Shown here: positions 23,901 to 33,997 of the stretch, in pieces | Layout of the letters: each line of letters begins with the position of its first letter | Numbering within the stretch: position 1 is the first letter of the stretch | NCBI GenBank assembly: GCA_965202585.1 | Contig: OZ241833.1 | Coordinates: 31,124,001 to 31,188,000, forward strand | Reading direction: 5' to 3' | Length of the DNA: 64,000 nucleotides | Origin: Thalia democratica | Taxonomy: Eukaryota | The notes under the pieces: model-generated | Told to the model about the DNA's origin: nothing | Seen by the model: only the letters and a program-made list of their open reading frames with translations | The model's database searches: none | Made by a program: the position numbers and the translations under genes

Positions 23901-26900
23901 GTCGTAAGTTGCAGCTTAAAAAATTATATAAACTTCAGGTGGTATAGTAGTATAACTTAAACAAATTTGGTGATGGATTAAAATCTAAAATGTTTTCTTA
24001 ATTAAAAAATTAACAAATTTTAATAAAAAGTATTTTAGTGTACTCTTAGTTTTTTATAAAACGTTAAACAATTTTCACCAGGAATGCAGTAGTTTCAAAA
24101 CTATGTTACCCTAATACAGTTTTTTCTCTAAAACCAAAAGAACAAGCTAAGCTGAGTCATTTAACTTTGTTTACAAGCAAAACATTTCACGGTAAACTCA
24201 ATGACAACTTGCAACTTATCAATGCATAAAAGCCAGCCAGCTATTGTTTTCAAAGCAAAACATGTCAGGATACAAAACCCCACACTGTTTCGACACCATA
24301 AATATTTCAACTTATTACACTCTCAGCAAATTTTCAGAATAAACTCGGTTTGTTTTCAAATCACAACTATGACTGTAGGAGTTATAAAAGTTTTATTTTC
24401 ACGCGGAAAGTTTTCTTTCTGATCAATAATTCATTGGTTTTCGAAAGCCGAGAACATTTGTTACAACTGGTTCGTTCCAAAAGGAAAGTTTCAACAACGA
24501 GTAATGAGGGAAAATTAGCTGTTGCAGATGGTTGCTTTCTCAAAGTTCAAGAACTATTAGCTGTAAATTTCTTGATTTTATGTAATTTGTATCTCTTTTT
24601 GTAAGTTTCCAAAACACAAGAAATGCCACCATAAAACTTTCTTTGAATCGTTTGAAATTGTTCACAATGTGCTTGTGTGATAATTAGCCACATGTAAAAA
24701 AAGTTCAGCTTAAAAACCCAAGGATCCCATACATTTTGCATTTGGGTGGTTTTTAGATATTAGTTGGTTGCATTAGGTGGAGCTAAGGTGAAAGTTTCTT
24801 CAAATCACCTAAAATTTTGCACAGGGTGATTTTATGACATTTCCAAATAATTTTTTTCCAGCCGGAAAATCAAAAGTAGCTGTAAAAATAAGCACCCTAA
24901 TATACATGGTATCATTTTATACTGTAGCACAGTTTTAGTTGATAACTTAGAAGAAAAAAGAAATAAACTTTACACAATTAATTAGCTCCAAAAAACATAC
25001 CAACAAAAACGCTTAACAGAAATTTTCAACAACATTATGGTGATGGAAAGATAATTGTCCACTTCCAAAAGTTCATCTGCAGTTAAAGTTTCAATCTTTT
25101 AATCTCACAAAAATATGTTTTTACTTTCAAGTGCGGCATAATTAGCTGTACGTGTGACAAAAAAAGACTATGAATATTTTAAATGAAGTTTGCTTGTTTT
25201 TGAATCTGTATAAATGAAAATTGTTCTGTAGAAATGTAAACTACATTTCTTATAAGTTTAAAAAAAGTTAAATATTTAAATAGATCTTTGAAAAAATGCT
25301 TTCAAACCAGTACAGAAACAAAAATATTTTTTCTATATTGTTAAAACTAGAACTATAGTAAAGGCAGTAAAAGCCACAGAAACTTGGCATAATGCATATT
25401 TTTTATTTCTTGAATATTTATAATGGTTGAATCTGAATTATAACAAAACTATAGTTAGATACAATTAGAAAGCAGTTTGAATTTAAATATGAAATTAAAT
25501 AAACAAAGCACAAAAATCAAACTTGTTATTAAGCTTACAAAGCCCTGACCAATAATTAAGTTACAGCGCCATACATAAAACCACCATGACTTAAACTACA
25601 CATACGTTGATTATAATATGATGTTAAGTGAAATAATTAATTAATTGTTGTTTTGGAAAGAAACAGTCGGGTATCTAAATTAAAGATTTAAAAAATAAAT
25701 ACAGACGTTTTAAATATTTATAATTAAACTATGTTATAAATTACGGGTTTGTGTTTAATATGAACTCTAACTTGTAAAACATAAAACAACAAGGTGGATA
25801 TATGCTAAGTATAAACCTGCAGTAAAAAGACCTCTAGCCGTTCTATTGGGCGTAGTAGGTAAAAAAGCCCGGTTTATCTGTGTATAAATTAAAGTAAAAA
25901 TAAAAAATAAAATAACAAATTATAGTATAAACTACTTTTTCCAAACATAAAGAATAAATTATTATAAATTAACAAGCTAGTCCTAATGTTTATATATATT
26001 GTGACGTAATTATTAGATTTTTTTTTTTTCAATGATTAGTAACCAGTAAATATTTAGACTTAGTACTTCCTTCATTTTCATGTAAGTAGTTTATATTTTG
26101 ATTTGTTATTTTATTTTGTATTTTTACTTTAGTTGATTTAATTTAGACTTAATAATTATAAATATTATATATTTTTATAACAGTCAGATTTAACATTAAG
26201 TATTTTGTCTATTATTAACCATTAACCTATAGAAATATATAGCAATTATTTTTATTTTTAGCTGACACATGTATATACATACTTTAGCTTCTATTCTTTT
26301 TTTACAGTATTTATTTTTTTACAGAGCTCCGTTGAAGTGTGTTAATCCATTATAACACAGAAACATGTGTTAGTGTAATAAAAGAAGGATACTGTATAAT
26401 TTATTATTATTATATATTCCAGTGAACTTGTTTCGCTAGGATCTTTTGTTAAGAAGCGAAAAAATATTTTGAATAGTTAAAATTAAAACTATATACTCCT
26501 AAAAAAGACAAGTATGTAACAAAAAACTTTTTTATAGTTAAAAATATTTCGTTTTGATCGAATGCACGTCTATTATGATTTCAAAGCAACAATAAACCAT
26601 TTGATCAAAGGCTTTGTTACGTCATAAGTTAAAAAATGTTAACGCAACTACACAAATCTAAAACCATTTATTTAAGAGCTGGGAGCGTTTCAAACCTCAA
26701 TTTTTTACGACCAAGTGCACAGTTTGGTAGAACGCTATGTTAAAAAAAAAAGTTAAAATGTTTTGGGAAATTTTAAACACAAACAAACAACATATGGCTG
26801 CTACACGTTAAAAGTATTTTGCAATTTTAAGTGGAAAGTATTTGTTTTTGTTGAAGCAAAAACTTATCCTGTTACTGACTTTAGAAATGTTAAAACTGCT

Positions 26901-28411
26901 TGAACAGACATGCTTACACAACTAGTAGAAATAGTTCAATCGACAGTAAAAGTAATGAATTTATAAAACTATTTTTAATATTATTATCTATCAGTTTAAA
27001 AATGTTTTATAAAACATAATATAACGGGAAGTTATGTCATGTAGTTAACTATAACAAACTTGAATTCATCCTAAATTGCTACTGTACAAAACATAACTGC
27101 AAGTCTTTAAAATTAGGTTCAAATTTTGATTTCAGGTTAAGTCAATTAATTAGTTGATTTCGGGATAACTCGATTTTCTCCATACTAATATGAACTAATC
27201 ACAAGTACATCTAATTTAAACTCAAAACGAATTGGCGTGATGTCACAACAGCCAACTGAATACTGCTATGACGTCACAACTAGGACGACTACCAGGTCGT
27301 AGGAGGATAAAATGTACGAAAAAGTAAAGCAAGCGCTATGACGTCACAATAAAAATGTAAGGAGTAAAATATCAAACTAACTGTCATCAGCCTGAGGGGC
27401 CGACAGAATATCGGAATGTTGCTTTTTCACATCCTGGACTTTTTGCTGGATGATGTCTATGTACCCCCGTATCTCTTCAACCTGGTGAAATAATTTTGAA
27501 AGTATAAATGCGTTAAATGAAAGATGAGGTGGAAAAACCGGAATTACGTACACATTACGGTGTTTGAAAAATTACAAAAAGTTGTATAAAAACATCTTAA
27601 AAGTATCTAATTTTTTACCTGGTGAATTATTTTTATTATCAGTTGTGAAAAAGCACTATACTTTAACCTAACTGCTTTTATAATTTTATCAGCTTTCAAT
27701 AAAAAGTTCTTACTTGCACGAAGAACTCCTTCAGCGTGTCCTGCTCGTCTTCGATTGAATTCTCTTCGTTCTCGTCGTCAGATTCGACCTGAACGTGGGC
27801 CATCCCCTAAAATGAAAGTAATAACAAGTTAATAATAGCGATTAAATAAAAAAGTCAAATGCAAATGCAAAGTAATATAGGTATGTGTGATAGGAAAAAG
27901 CAACGACAAAATTTAATATCAATAATACAGTGTGATTCTATACTGTTTGCTGTTAAATGTTGTAATAAAAGATTGCTTGTGATAAAAATACCCGCAAAAA
28001 ATAAGGGGCTAATGTAAACTTTATGTGTGTCATTTCAAAAAAAAATTACTATCAAAAAATAGTTACAAGTCTTTTCCTATTTTAATTTCAAAGAAAACTT
28101 CAGTTTCGAAAAATGTAACTTATTTCACATGATGCACTTTGATGCTACAAAAATAATAAATTTTGGTTAAAAAGTTACAATTGTAAAAAACACCTCAAAT
28201 AAAGTATCAATTAATGTTTTAATGTTCAAAGGTGAACACAGATTTCTATTAAACTGTTAATTGAAACTAAGATATTGACTTCTACAAAAAAAAAACTTAC
28301 TTAAAGTATTAACTAAAGCATTTGAAAGGCTGAATTAAAAGTATTTTTCTAATGAGTTAAAAAAAGAAATTAAAAACTTACACTTTTGAGATCTGCTAGT
28401 CTGTCCCTCAT
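8877..28411 (-). CDS. STX1: Syntaxin-1-like Qa-SNARE, paralog B (multi-exon, alternatively spliced C-terminus; ~295 aa)
   Basis: Exons 28411-28382, 27806-27714, 27481-27382, 22939-22794, 22251-22184, 21307-21187, 20356-20219, then 17952-17842 or 16628-16518, then one terminal exon. All are GT-AG with consistent phases: [10 protein letters not shown]...EFFVQVEEIRG...HSTLSRKF...[20 protein letters not shown]...KARRKK-TM. Confidence 0.93.
10822..11122. mobile_element. hAT-type MITE
   Basis: 17-bp TIR CAGCGGTTCTTAACCTG / CAGGTTAAGAACCGCTG; perfect 8-bp TSD cattaaac. Confidence 0.9.
11862..12138. mobile_element. Degenerate hAT-type MITE
   Basis: 10-bp TIR CAGTGGTCTT / AAGACCACTG; flanks atttaaag / actttaaa only partly match. 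Confidence 0.55.
12530..12556 (-). CDS. Candidate TM-less terminal exon 10d of paralog B
   Basis: acgtgcacag|KSGLMTSY* in phase 0, followed 6 nt after the stop by a strong donor ccg|gtgagt. Confidence 0.45.
   Translation of the reverse strand, partial: KSGLMTSY
12900..12949 (-). CDS. Candidate luminal/extracellular tail exon 10c' of paralog B
   Basis: tgattttag|AA GAA ACA...; joined to the phase-1 donor of exon 10c it reads [16 protein letters not shown]. Read in phase 0 it gives KKQ*. Confidence 0.55.
13308..13389 (-). CDS. Paralog B alternative TM exon 10c (Cys-Cys-Cys)
   Basis: ctttgatttcag|[27 protein letters not shown]+A|gtcagt. If unspliced it continues [14 protein letters not shown]. 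Confidence 0.72.
13727..13804 (-). CDS. Paralog B alternative TM exon 10b
   Basis: aaatttacag|[25 protein letters not shown]; 78 nt, phase 0. Confidence 0.85.
   Translation of the reverse strand, partial: KKIILALIVLAVLGVIVAIVVTQLQ
14444..14521 (-). CDS. Paralog B alternative TM exon 10a
   Basis: cttctacag|[25 protein letters not shown]; 78 nt; donor cag|gtaag 17 nt after the stop. Confidence 0.85.
   Translation of the reverse strand, partial: KKLILGGIVLVVLVIIIIIIVTQVT
16518..16628 (-). CDS. STX1: Paralog B SNARE C-half exon 9b (STX1-type)
   Basis: tctttccag|[37 protein letters not shown]|gtcggt; 111 nt, nearly identical to vertebrate STX1A/B. Confidence 0.93.
17842..17952 (-). CDS. Paralog B SNARE C-half exon 9a (divergent duplicate of 9b)
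   Basis: tgttcgcag|[37 protein letters not shown]|gtaaca; 111 nt, same phases as 9b. Confidence 0.9.
20219..20356 (-). CDS. STX1: Paralog B exon encoding the SNARE motif N-half
   Basis: [46 protein letters not shown]; 138 nt, cag/gttagt. Confidence 0.93.
20641..20858. repeat. Short interspersed repeat with internal inverted repeats (copy 1; copy 2 at 22522-22725)
   Basis: ggtatactcacaattcccac...ccctaaccct...ggatttgatcgggtgggaattgagcgcgg...ctgagcgg; possibly Helentron/HINE-like, class not established. Confidence 0.6.
21040..21165 (-). repeat. Two intronic partial copies of the 3' end of exon 21187-21307
   Basis: AATATGTTGGAAAATAGTGATGGAAGTCCTGCTATA repeated 75 nt downstream, with a more decayed copy a further ~68 nt on. 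Confidence 0.8.
21187..21307 (-). CDS. STX1: Paralog B exon (end of Hc helix plus linker)
   Basis: (R)[40 protein letters not shown]; 121 nt. Confidence 0.9.
21603..21647 (-). ncRNA. Minimal type I hammerhead ribozyme motif (GUU site)
   Basis: GGCTGA-CTGACGA-GTTTCAATAAGAAC-GAAA-C-CCGA-GTT-TCAGTC; intact core and 6-bp helix I. Confidence 0.65.
21743..21787 (+). ncRNA. Mutated hammerhead motif (GAAA to AAAA)
   Basis: GACTAA-CTGATGA-GTCCTAATAAGAAC-AAAA-C-TCAG-GTT-TCGGTC. Confidence 0.45.
22184..22251 (-). CDS. STX1: Paralog B exon (start of Hc helix)
   Basis: gctttcag|[22 protein letters not shown]+AG|gtattt; 68 nt. Confidence 0.9.
22522..22725. repeat. Short interspersed repeat, copy 2 (family of 20641-20858)
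   Basis: ggtatcctcacaattccc...ccttaacctt...gtttgatcgtgtgggaattgtgcggg...ctgagcgg. Confidence 0.6.
22794..22939 (-). CDS. STX1: Paralog B exon 4 (Hb helix)
   Basis: (K)[48 protein letters not shown]; 146 nt. Confidence 0.92.
27382..27481 (-). CDS. STX1: Paralog B exon 3 (Ha helix)
   Basis: [33 protein letters not shown]; 100 nt, phase 0/1. Confidence 0.92.
27714..27806 (-). CDS. STX1: Paralog B exon 2
   Basis: [31 protein letters not shown]; tag/gtaag. Confidence 0.88.
28382..28411 (-). CDS. STX1: Paralog B first coding exon (SM-protein-binding N-peptide)
   Basis: ATG AGG GAC AGA CTA GCA GAT CTC AAA AGT|gtaagt = [10 protein letters not shown]; upstream acceptor ttccag at 28446. Confidence 0.88.
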
Positions 28412-31400
28412 GACTTGTTTATTTTTATTTTATTTATATAAATATCTGGAAAAATAACTAATTTGTCTCTAAAATGAATTAAGTATTATTAAACTAAAAT
28501 TTTTTTAATGTATGAAATATTTTTAAGTTTTAGTTTTAAGTTTTCAAAGAACATATACTTTCAAGAAAAAAAGAGTAAAACTATTATTTAAGTATTCATT
28601 TCATGAAAGTTTCAAAAACAAATTATACCCCTTAGGTGTTATCAAAACTGATTTGATACTAAACAAAACTTATTTTATTAAGGGAGTAAGTATTACAAAA
28701 AATTACATTAAAGCTGAAAAACAACTATTGAAAAAATAAATTTACTATAATCAAAGTAAACATTTAATAAAAGTAGTACTTATTCACTAAGCTTAATTTC
28801 CATAGTATATTACTTTCTTAAAAGATTTATTAAAAACTGCTTAGAATTAACAAATGTTTTAAATTTTAAACCATATCATTGTTATAGAAGTTTAAAACCT
28901 TTAAAGTTAAATTAAGTTTACAAAAAAAATAAAAATAAAGTTGTTTAAAATTAAAACAAATATTTTATGAATGAGTAATATTTTTATGGCGCTATTAACT
29001 AAAGATAATAAACTAATCTTATATTATAAAATTTAGTAAAAGTTTTATTTTAAAAATCTATAAAATAAGTAGTAACACTTAACGACAAAAAGTTTTAGGA
29101 TATTTAAGAGTTGAAATACAACTGTGCTGGCCAGCTGAGGTCAGTTTTAAGTGTGGGAGCTTCTCTTAACGGAAATTTAAAAAATTATAACTTAAAGCTG
29201 ACAAAGTTAGCATGGCTTTTCCGAATTAAAAAACAATTAGCAGACAGAATATTTACAACTTAGAGGAAAAAATAATAGAGTAGGTGGGGTCGGTTTTGAT
29301 GGAGAAAGACTATTAATCCTAAAAGAAAAGATTTTGCGAGATAAAAGAGGTCAGGGGGAGAACGAAAACTTTTAAAAGATTTCAATGAATTGATGAATTA
29401 AAGATGCGAAATTGATTTTCGTATTATTCAATTATCACGTCACAAGGAAACCTTTTCTCTCCTTCAAAACAAATGTGCCGATTTGCCTTTGGAAAGGGTG
29501 GGTGATTAAGAAATTAGAGCTCAACCGAGAAATTTCTATTTTCGTTTTTTTTTTGAAGAGCCCGTGAGATCTAAGATACTCTACACTGTTGAGGCGTTTC
29601 AAAATTAAATAACTTGATTAGTTTTATGCTGAAACTTAACTAAATTATCAATGGGTTTAAAATGAAAAACCGCGTGTAAGCTTTGTTAGTGGCATTTTAA
29701 AGTGGGTACTGCATTATACATCGATTATTTTGCTCCATTTTCAATTAATAGAATTTATTATACCAGTTGAAGCAACTTAATAAAGGTAACATTAATTTAT
29801 GTAATTTTTTTCATCAAAGTAATTACTAGCTCATATGTTGATGTAAGCTTTTAATTGCATTTTTTTACTTTTTAGTTTGGGTATAAACTACGAGAAACAA
29901 AGAAGTTTTTTTATCGGAAATTATCTAAAAAGAAGTTTTAAACTGTTTAAGTTAAGTCATTAAACTAAAATGTGAAATTTATCATTACTGGTCTCGAATT
30001 CAAGGCTACAAATTTAAATTTAATTGAGAACTCCAAGCTTAGATACAAAACAGACAAAACATTGTAAATTAAAAAAACTTGAAACAAACTTAAACTCGCA
30101 ACTCAAAAAAATACTAAGCTCATAAATATAAAAAATAAACTTTAAAAGGTTACAAGTCGGTTGAATTTATTAAGTTTTAAATGCACAAAAACGCTTTTGC
30201 AAATTACAAGAGCACCTTGTGTAGGCTAATTAATAAAATCAGATGAAAACCTAACTATAAACTTTTTGTTTTGGTCTTGTGAAGCACTTGGATATTTCTT
30301 AGAATAAGTATAACGAAATAAGAGTTTTAATGATTTTATAATTCTGTCTTTTATATTCTGGTCTACCAAAGGTTTTTGAGAAATTTCTTCCAAGTTTTCT
30401 GAATTTCTTCCAGGTTTTAGAAAGGACAAATTTTTGGGTCTAGTTTTAGTATTAAATTCAGAGTAAGTAAAAAACTGCTTTATTTAGTATTAAAATATTG
30501 TAAAGCTAATTTAAATATATAAAAAATAATTCACATTCCTTTAAATTAATATGCCAGATCTTTTGCGTCGAATCGAAACTTAATTACTTTACATGTAAAA
30601 ATTGCTTAAAATTCCAGGATTCCAGGTTTGTTGGCAACCCTTTATATTACCTACAAATATATTTTAGTAAATATTTTATTGTTTTCATTTTAAACGAAAA
30701 ACTATTTGATGCATTTTCCACTTGTGAAACATCAAATGTATAAAATAATAACTTTTTAAAATAAATTTTTCATTTTTTTAAATATATTGAAAATTTTAAT
30801 GACTAGCTTTAAATTTTCAAAGTAAGATTATTATAATATCATTATAAGAACTATGAATTAATTGTAGATAATTGAAAACTTTCAATAATTAAATAAACAT
30901 AAAAATAATGCTAAAAAACTGTATTTAACAGAATTACTCACAAAAACTTATTTTTATCCTAATAAACTCAACATCACAAACTTAAAACATCCTAGTAAAT
31001 TACATATATTTTTTGACCGTAAAGTAAAATCTATAATGCTAAACCAGAGTAATTATTTCTTTAAAGCGATAAAACGTATATTGTAAGGTAAAATCTTAGA
31101 CATCTTAAACATCAAAGTATAACTTTTTTTCGGTTTAACTCAAAGTTTGTCTGAATGGTTTGTATATTCAATTTGAGCAATTTACTAGTATGACTACCGT
31201 AAAACGCCTATCCAAAATTTTTGTGGCTAATAATTTGTGGCGAAAAAAAATGCTTTCGGTTTTTGGTTTCTAAAACATTTCTACATAGATTACGTAAAAT
31301 TGCAATCGATACTTTAAAGTAACTTATATAACTTCAAGAAACGGCAGCGTAGTATTTAAAATTGATTTTCTAAATTCAACTTCAAATAAGCATTATATAC

Positions 31401-31711
31401 GGCTTAACGTTAGAACAGAGTTCGATTTTGAATATATAAGCTAGATGATATTGAAAGTTTATCTGTCTAGTTATTTTAAGAAAATATTGAAGTATTTATT
31501 TTAATTAAACTAGTACTAATCTATGTAACTTTTGAAAATAAGGCAATAAGCTCCAAATGATGTACTAAAAAAAAAATATTTAATTTTTAACTTTCAAGTA
31601 TTTAATCCAACTAAAGAATATAAAACCATTTAATTATTTAGATACGAGTTGAAGAAAAACTTACATATTCTTATTTTTCTAAACCTTAACTGTAAAAAAT
31701 TAATAACTCAC

Positions 31712-32120
31712 CTGCGAAAAGTTAATAACGAGAGGAGGTTATTAAAGAAGAAAAAATATCGATTTCGGATAGACTTATCGACTTATGCTGTTATCAGATT
31801 TTCCCCAGCCTAATCTAATTAAAACTGTTTTAATTTTCCTTCTGATGACTTTTTTTTCTCAACCTTATCGCTCGAAGAAGTTATATCAAATGCGATCAGA
31901 GAAATCGATTATCTCAAAGCCGTTAGCTCTCTGCCTGTGTTGTTGAATTGTTATGCTAATTAATTAACTCACTTTTTCGTTCGCTGCTTCTTTCTGCTTT
32001 CGTCTAACTTGCACTCTGAACCCGCTGGCTTTCTTTCCTCTCGTTTAAAACTGTGAACGTTTTTACTACACTCGGTGGAACATTATTGTCTGTTGAATAT
32101 TTACTCTACTGGAGCAACAG
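31712..32120 (-). promoter_or_regulatory. Probable non-coding first exon/promoter region of paralog B
   Basis: CpG-richer island ending in a strong donor CGCAG|gtgagt (31711) that pairs with the acceptor at 28446. The 5' boundary is approximate. Confidence 0.45.
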
Positions 32121-33913
32121 CAACTGATATATAGTATAATAAATAGACCCCAATTACAATTAGTTAGAACCTTGTGGACTCTCAACTTTCAAACGAAACT
32201 AAGCTGCATTCTACTAAAAAATCAAATACACAAAGCTGTGAGAATTGATTTTATTAAACTTGCTAGAAAGACATCTCACTTGACTCAACTAACTTGCTTG
32301 GTTTCTGTAAAACTTGTCGAATAAATTTCAGTTTTGATCAATCAATGCAGATCATTTCAGTGAAAAATATACAAATTTAAACGTTTAATAATCTAAACAA
32401 TAACTTTAGTATAAGCAAAACTAGTATTTGAAATTTTAGTTCCATTGGAAACTCAATTTTACACTACTGCAAAAACTACTTTAAATCTTATTGCTGATTT
32501 CACATTACACTTTATAGTTATCCTACTTTAATTGCAAAGATGATGTTTTATATAACTTTAATAGAACATTAAGTTTGAAACAATCTAAATGAATTATTAT
32601 ATAAAGCAAGCAACTAAGACGTTAAAATTACAGCTTTTTGTATTATATTCAGCAAAACAAACAGAACATTAAACAAGTTATTAGCACGAAAATTTATGGA
32701 ATTAGAAAAGCATAAAACTAGTTTTTTTAGTAAAAACTGAAAAAAAGTTTAAATTAAATTTTACCACTATGAGAAGACCAAAAGAAATCTTTTTAAATAT
32801 AATCTTTTAAGTAATTTCGAAAAATCAAAAATTGTTTACCTTTTTAATTTTTAAAAATAAAAAAAAACACTTGTAACATATGCATCATAACGTTTCTAAC
32901 TGATTGAAAAATATATAAAAACTTTACTTTGATGTGAGACAAAGTAAAGTTTATTTCCTAGAAGGCGAATGTGAAAGCACAACTATTACTACAGCTAATA
33001 TGACGTCACAAACAACAATTTGACGTGTCACTATTGCATCACAACTGTACGCAAAATGGCTTATAAATTAACAAAAAACTTTAAAAACGTCTTTCTCAGC
33101 GTTTAAAAATTGACCTTCCAGGAAAAATTTGCAAATTATTTTAAAAATTTGAAGCTGTTTTTTCAGTGTAGTGCAATATTAAAAGTACAAGCTATAACAT
33201 ATTAGGTCAGTCGTTTTTATGTGTAAAACTGTTATTATTTTCTAATACAACTGTCATGCATAATTTACGAACAACAAACATTTAATTAAAGAAAACAAAT
33301 TAATTAATAAAACGTAATACTCTTTGAGTTGTGTAAAAATAAATTAGAAACGCAGGGTTCATGATTAAAAAAGCAAAGTTGAAATGATACGTGGAAAACA
33401 AAGCTTTCAAGCCATCAAGTATTGCAGTTAGTATAATTAAGCAGTGGCTAGCAAAATTTATTCACTACTTTGTATTACGACGTCACAACAGCTTACTAAA
33501 CCATCATTTATTTTCATTTGAACAGGAACTGAAATGTCTGCATGAGCTAAAAGTATAAACTGTTTATATCTCTAATAATTTCACAAAATACCACACATTA
33601 AATCTACTGAAAAGTTAACCATACAATTTAAGAATACATTATAAGGAAAAAAATCTACAACAGTATGCATTATGTATGCTGGTGAACTGTTGAGTATTGG
33701 AAACTTTAATTAAATGTTTATTTAGTGCATAAAACTCTATATTTTATTTTTGTTATATTTTAAGTTAGCACTACAATTCTGTGTTAAATAAAAACCTAGC
33801 ACTAACTAATTCTTTTTAACATCTACGAAAAACCTTTAAATAAAGCTATATATATATATATTAAAATGTATTTATAAAAATATCTGTACTTTAACAACTC
33901 TAACCTGTAGTTA

Positions 33914-33997
33914 TTAAGATTTCGGCATGGAAAAATAAATAACAAGAATCAAGGCGGCAGCTACAAGGCAAACTAGGATGAATAAAAAGAACTTTTT
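33914..33997 (-). CDS. Paralog A TM exon
   Basis: ttttacaacag|[27 protein letters not shown]; donor cag|gttag 9 nt after the stop. Confidence 0.85.
   Translation of the reverse strand, partial: KKFFLFILVCLVAAALILVIYFSMPKS

Noticed and set aside
32951-33066. Hydrophobic frame ...IVVCDVILAVVIVVLSHSPSRK* as a second TM exon for paralog A
   Set aside because: No phase-0 acceptor opens this frame; more likely 3' UTR or motif-derived.
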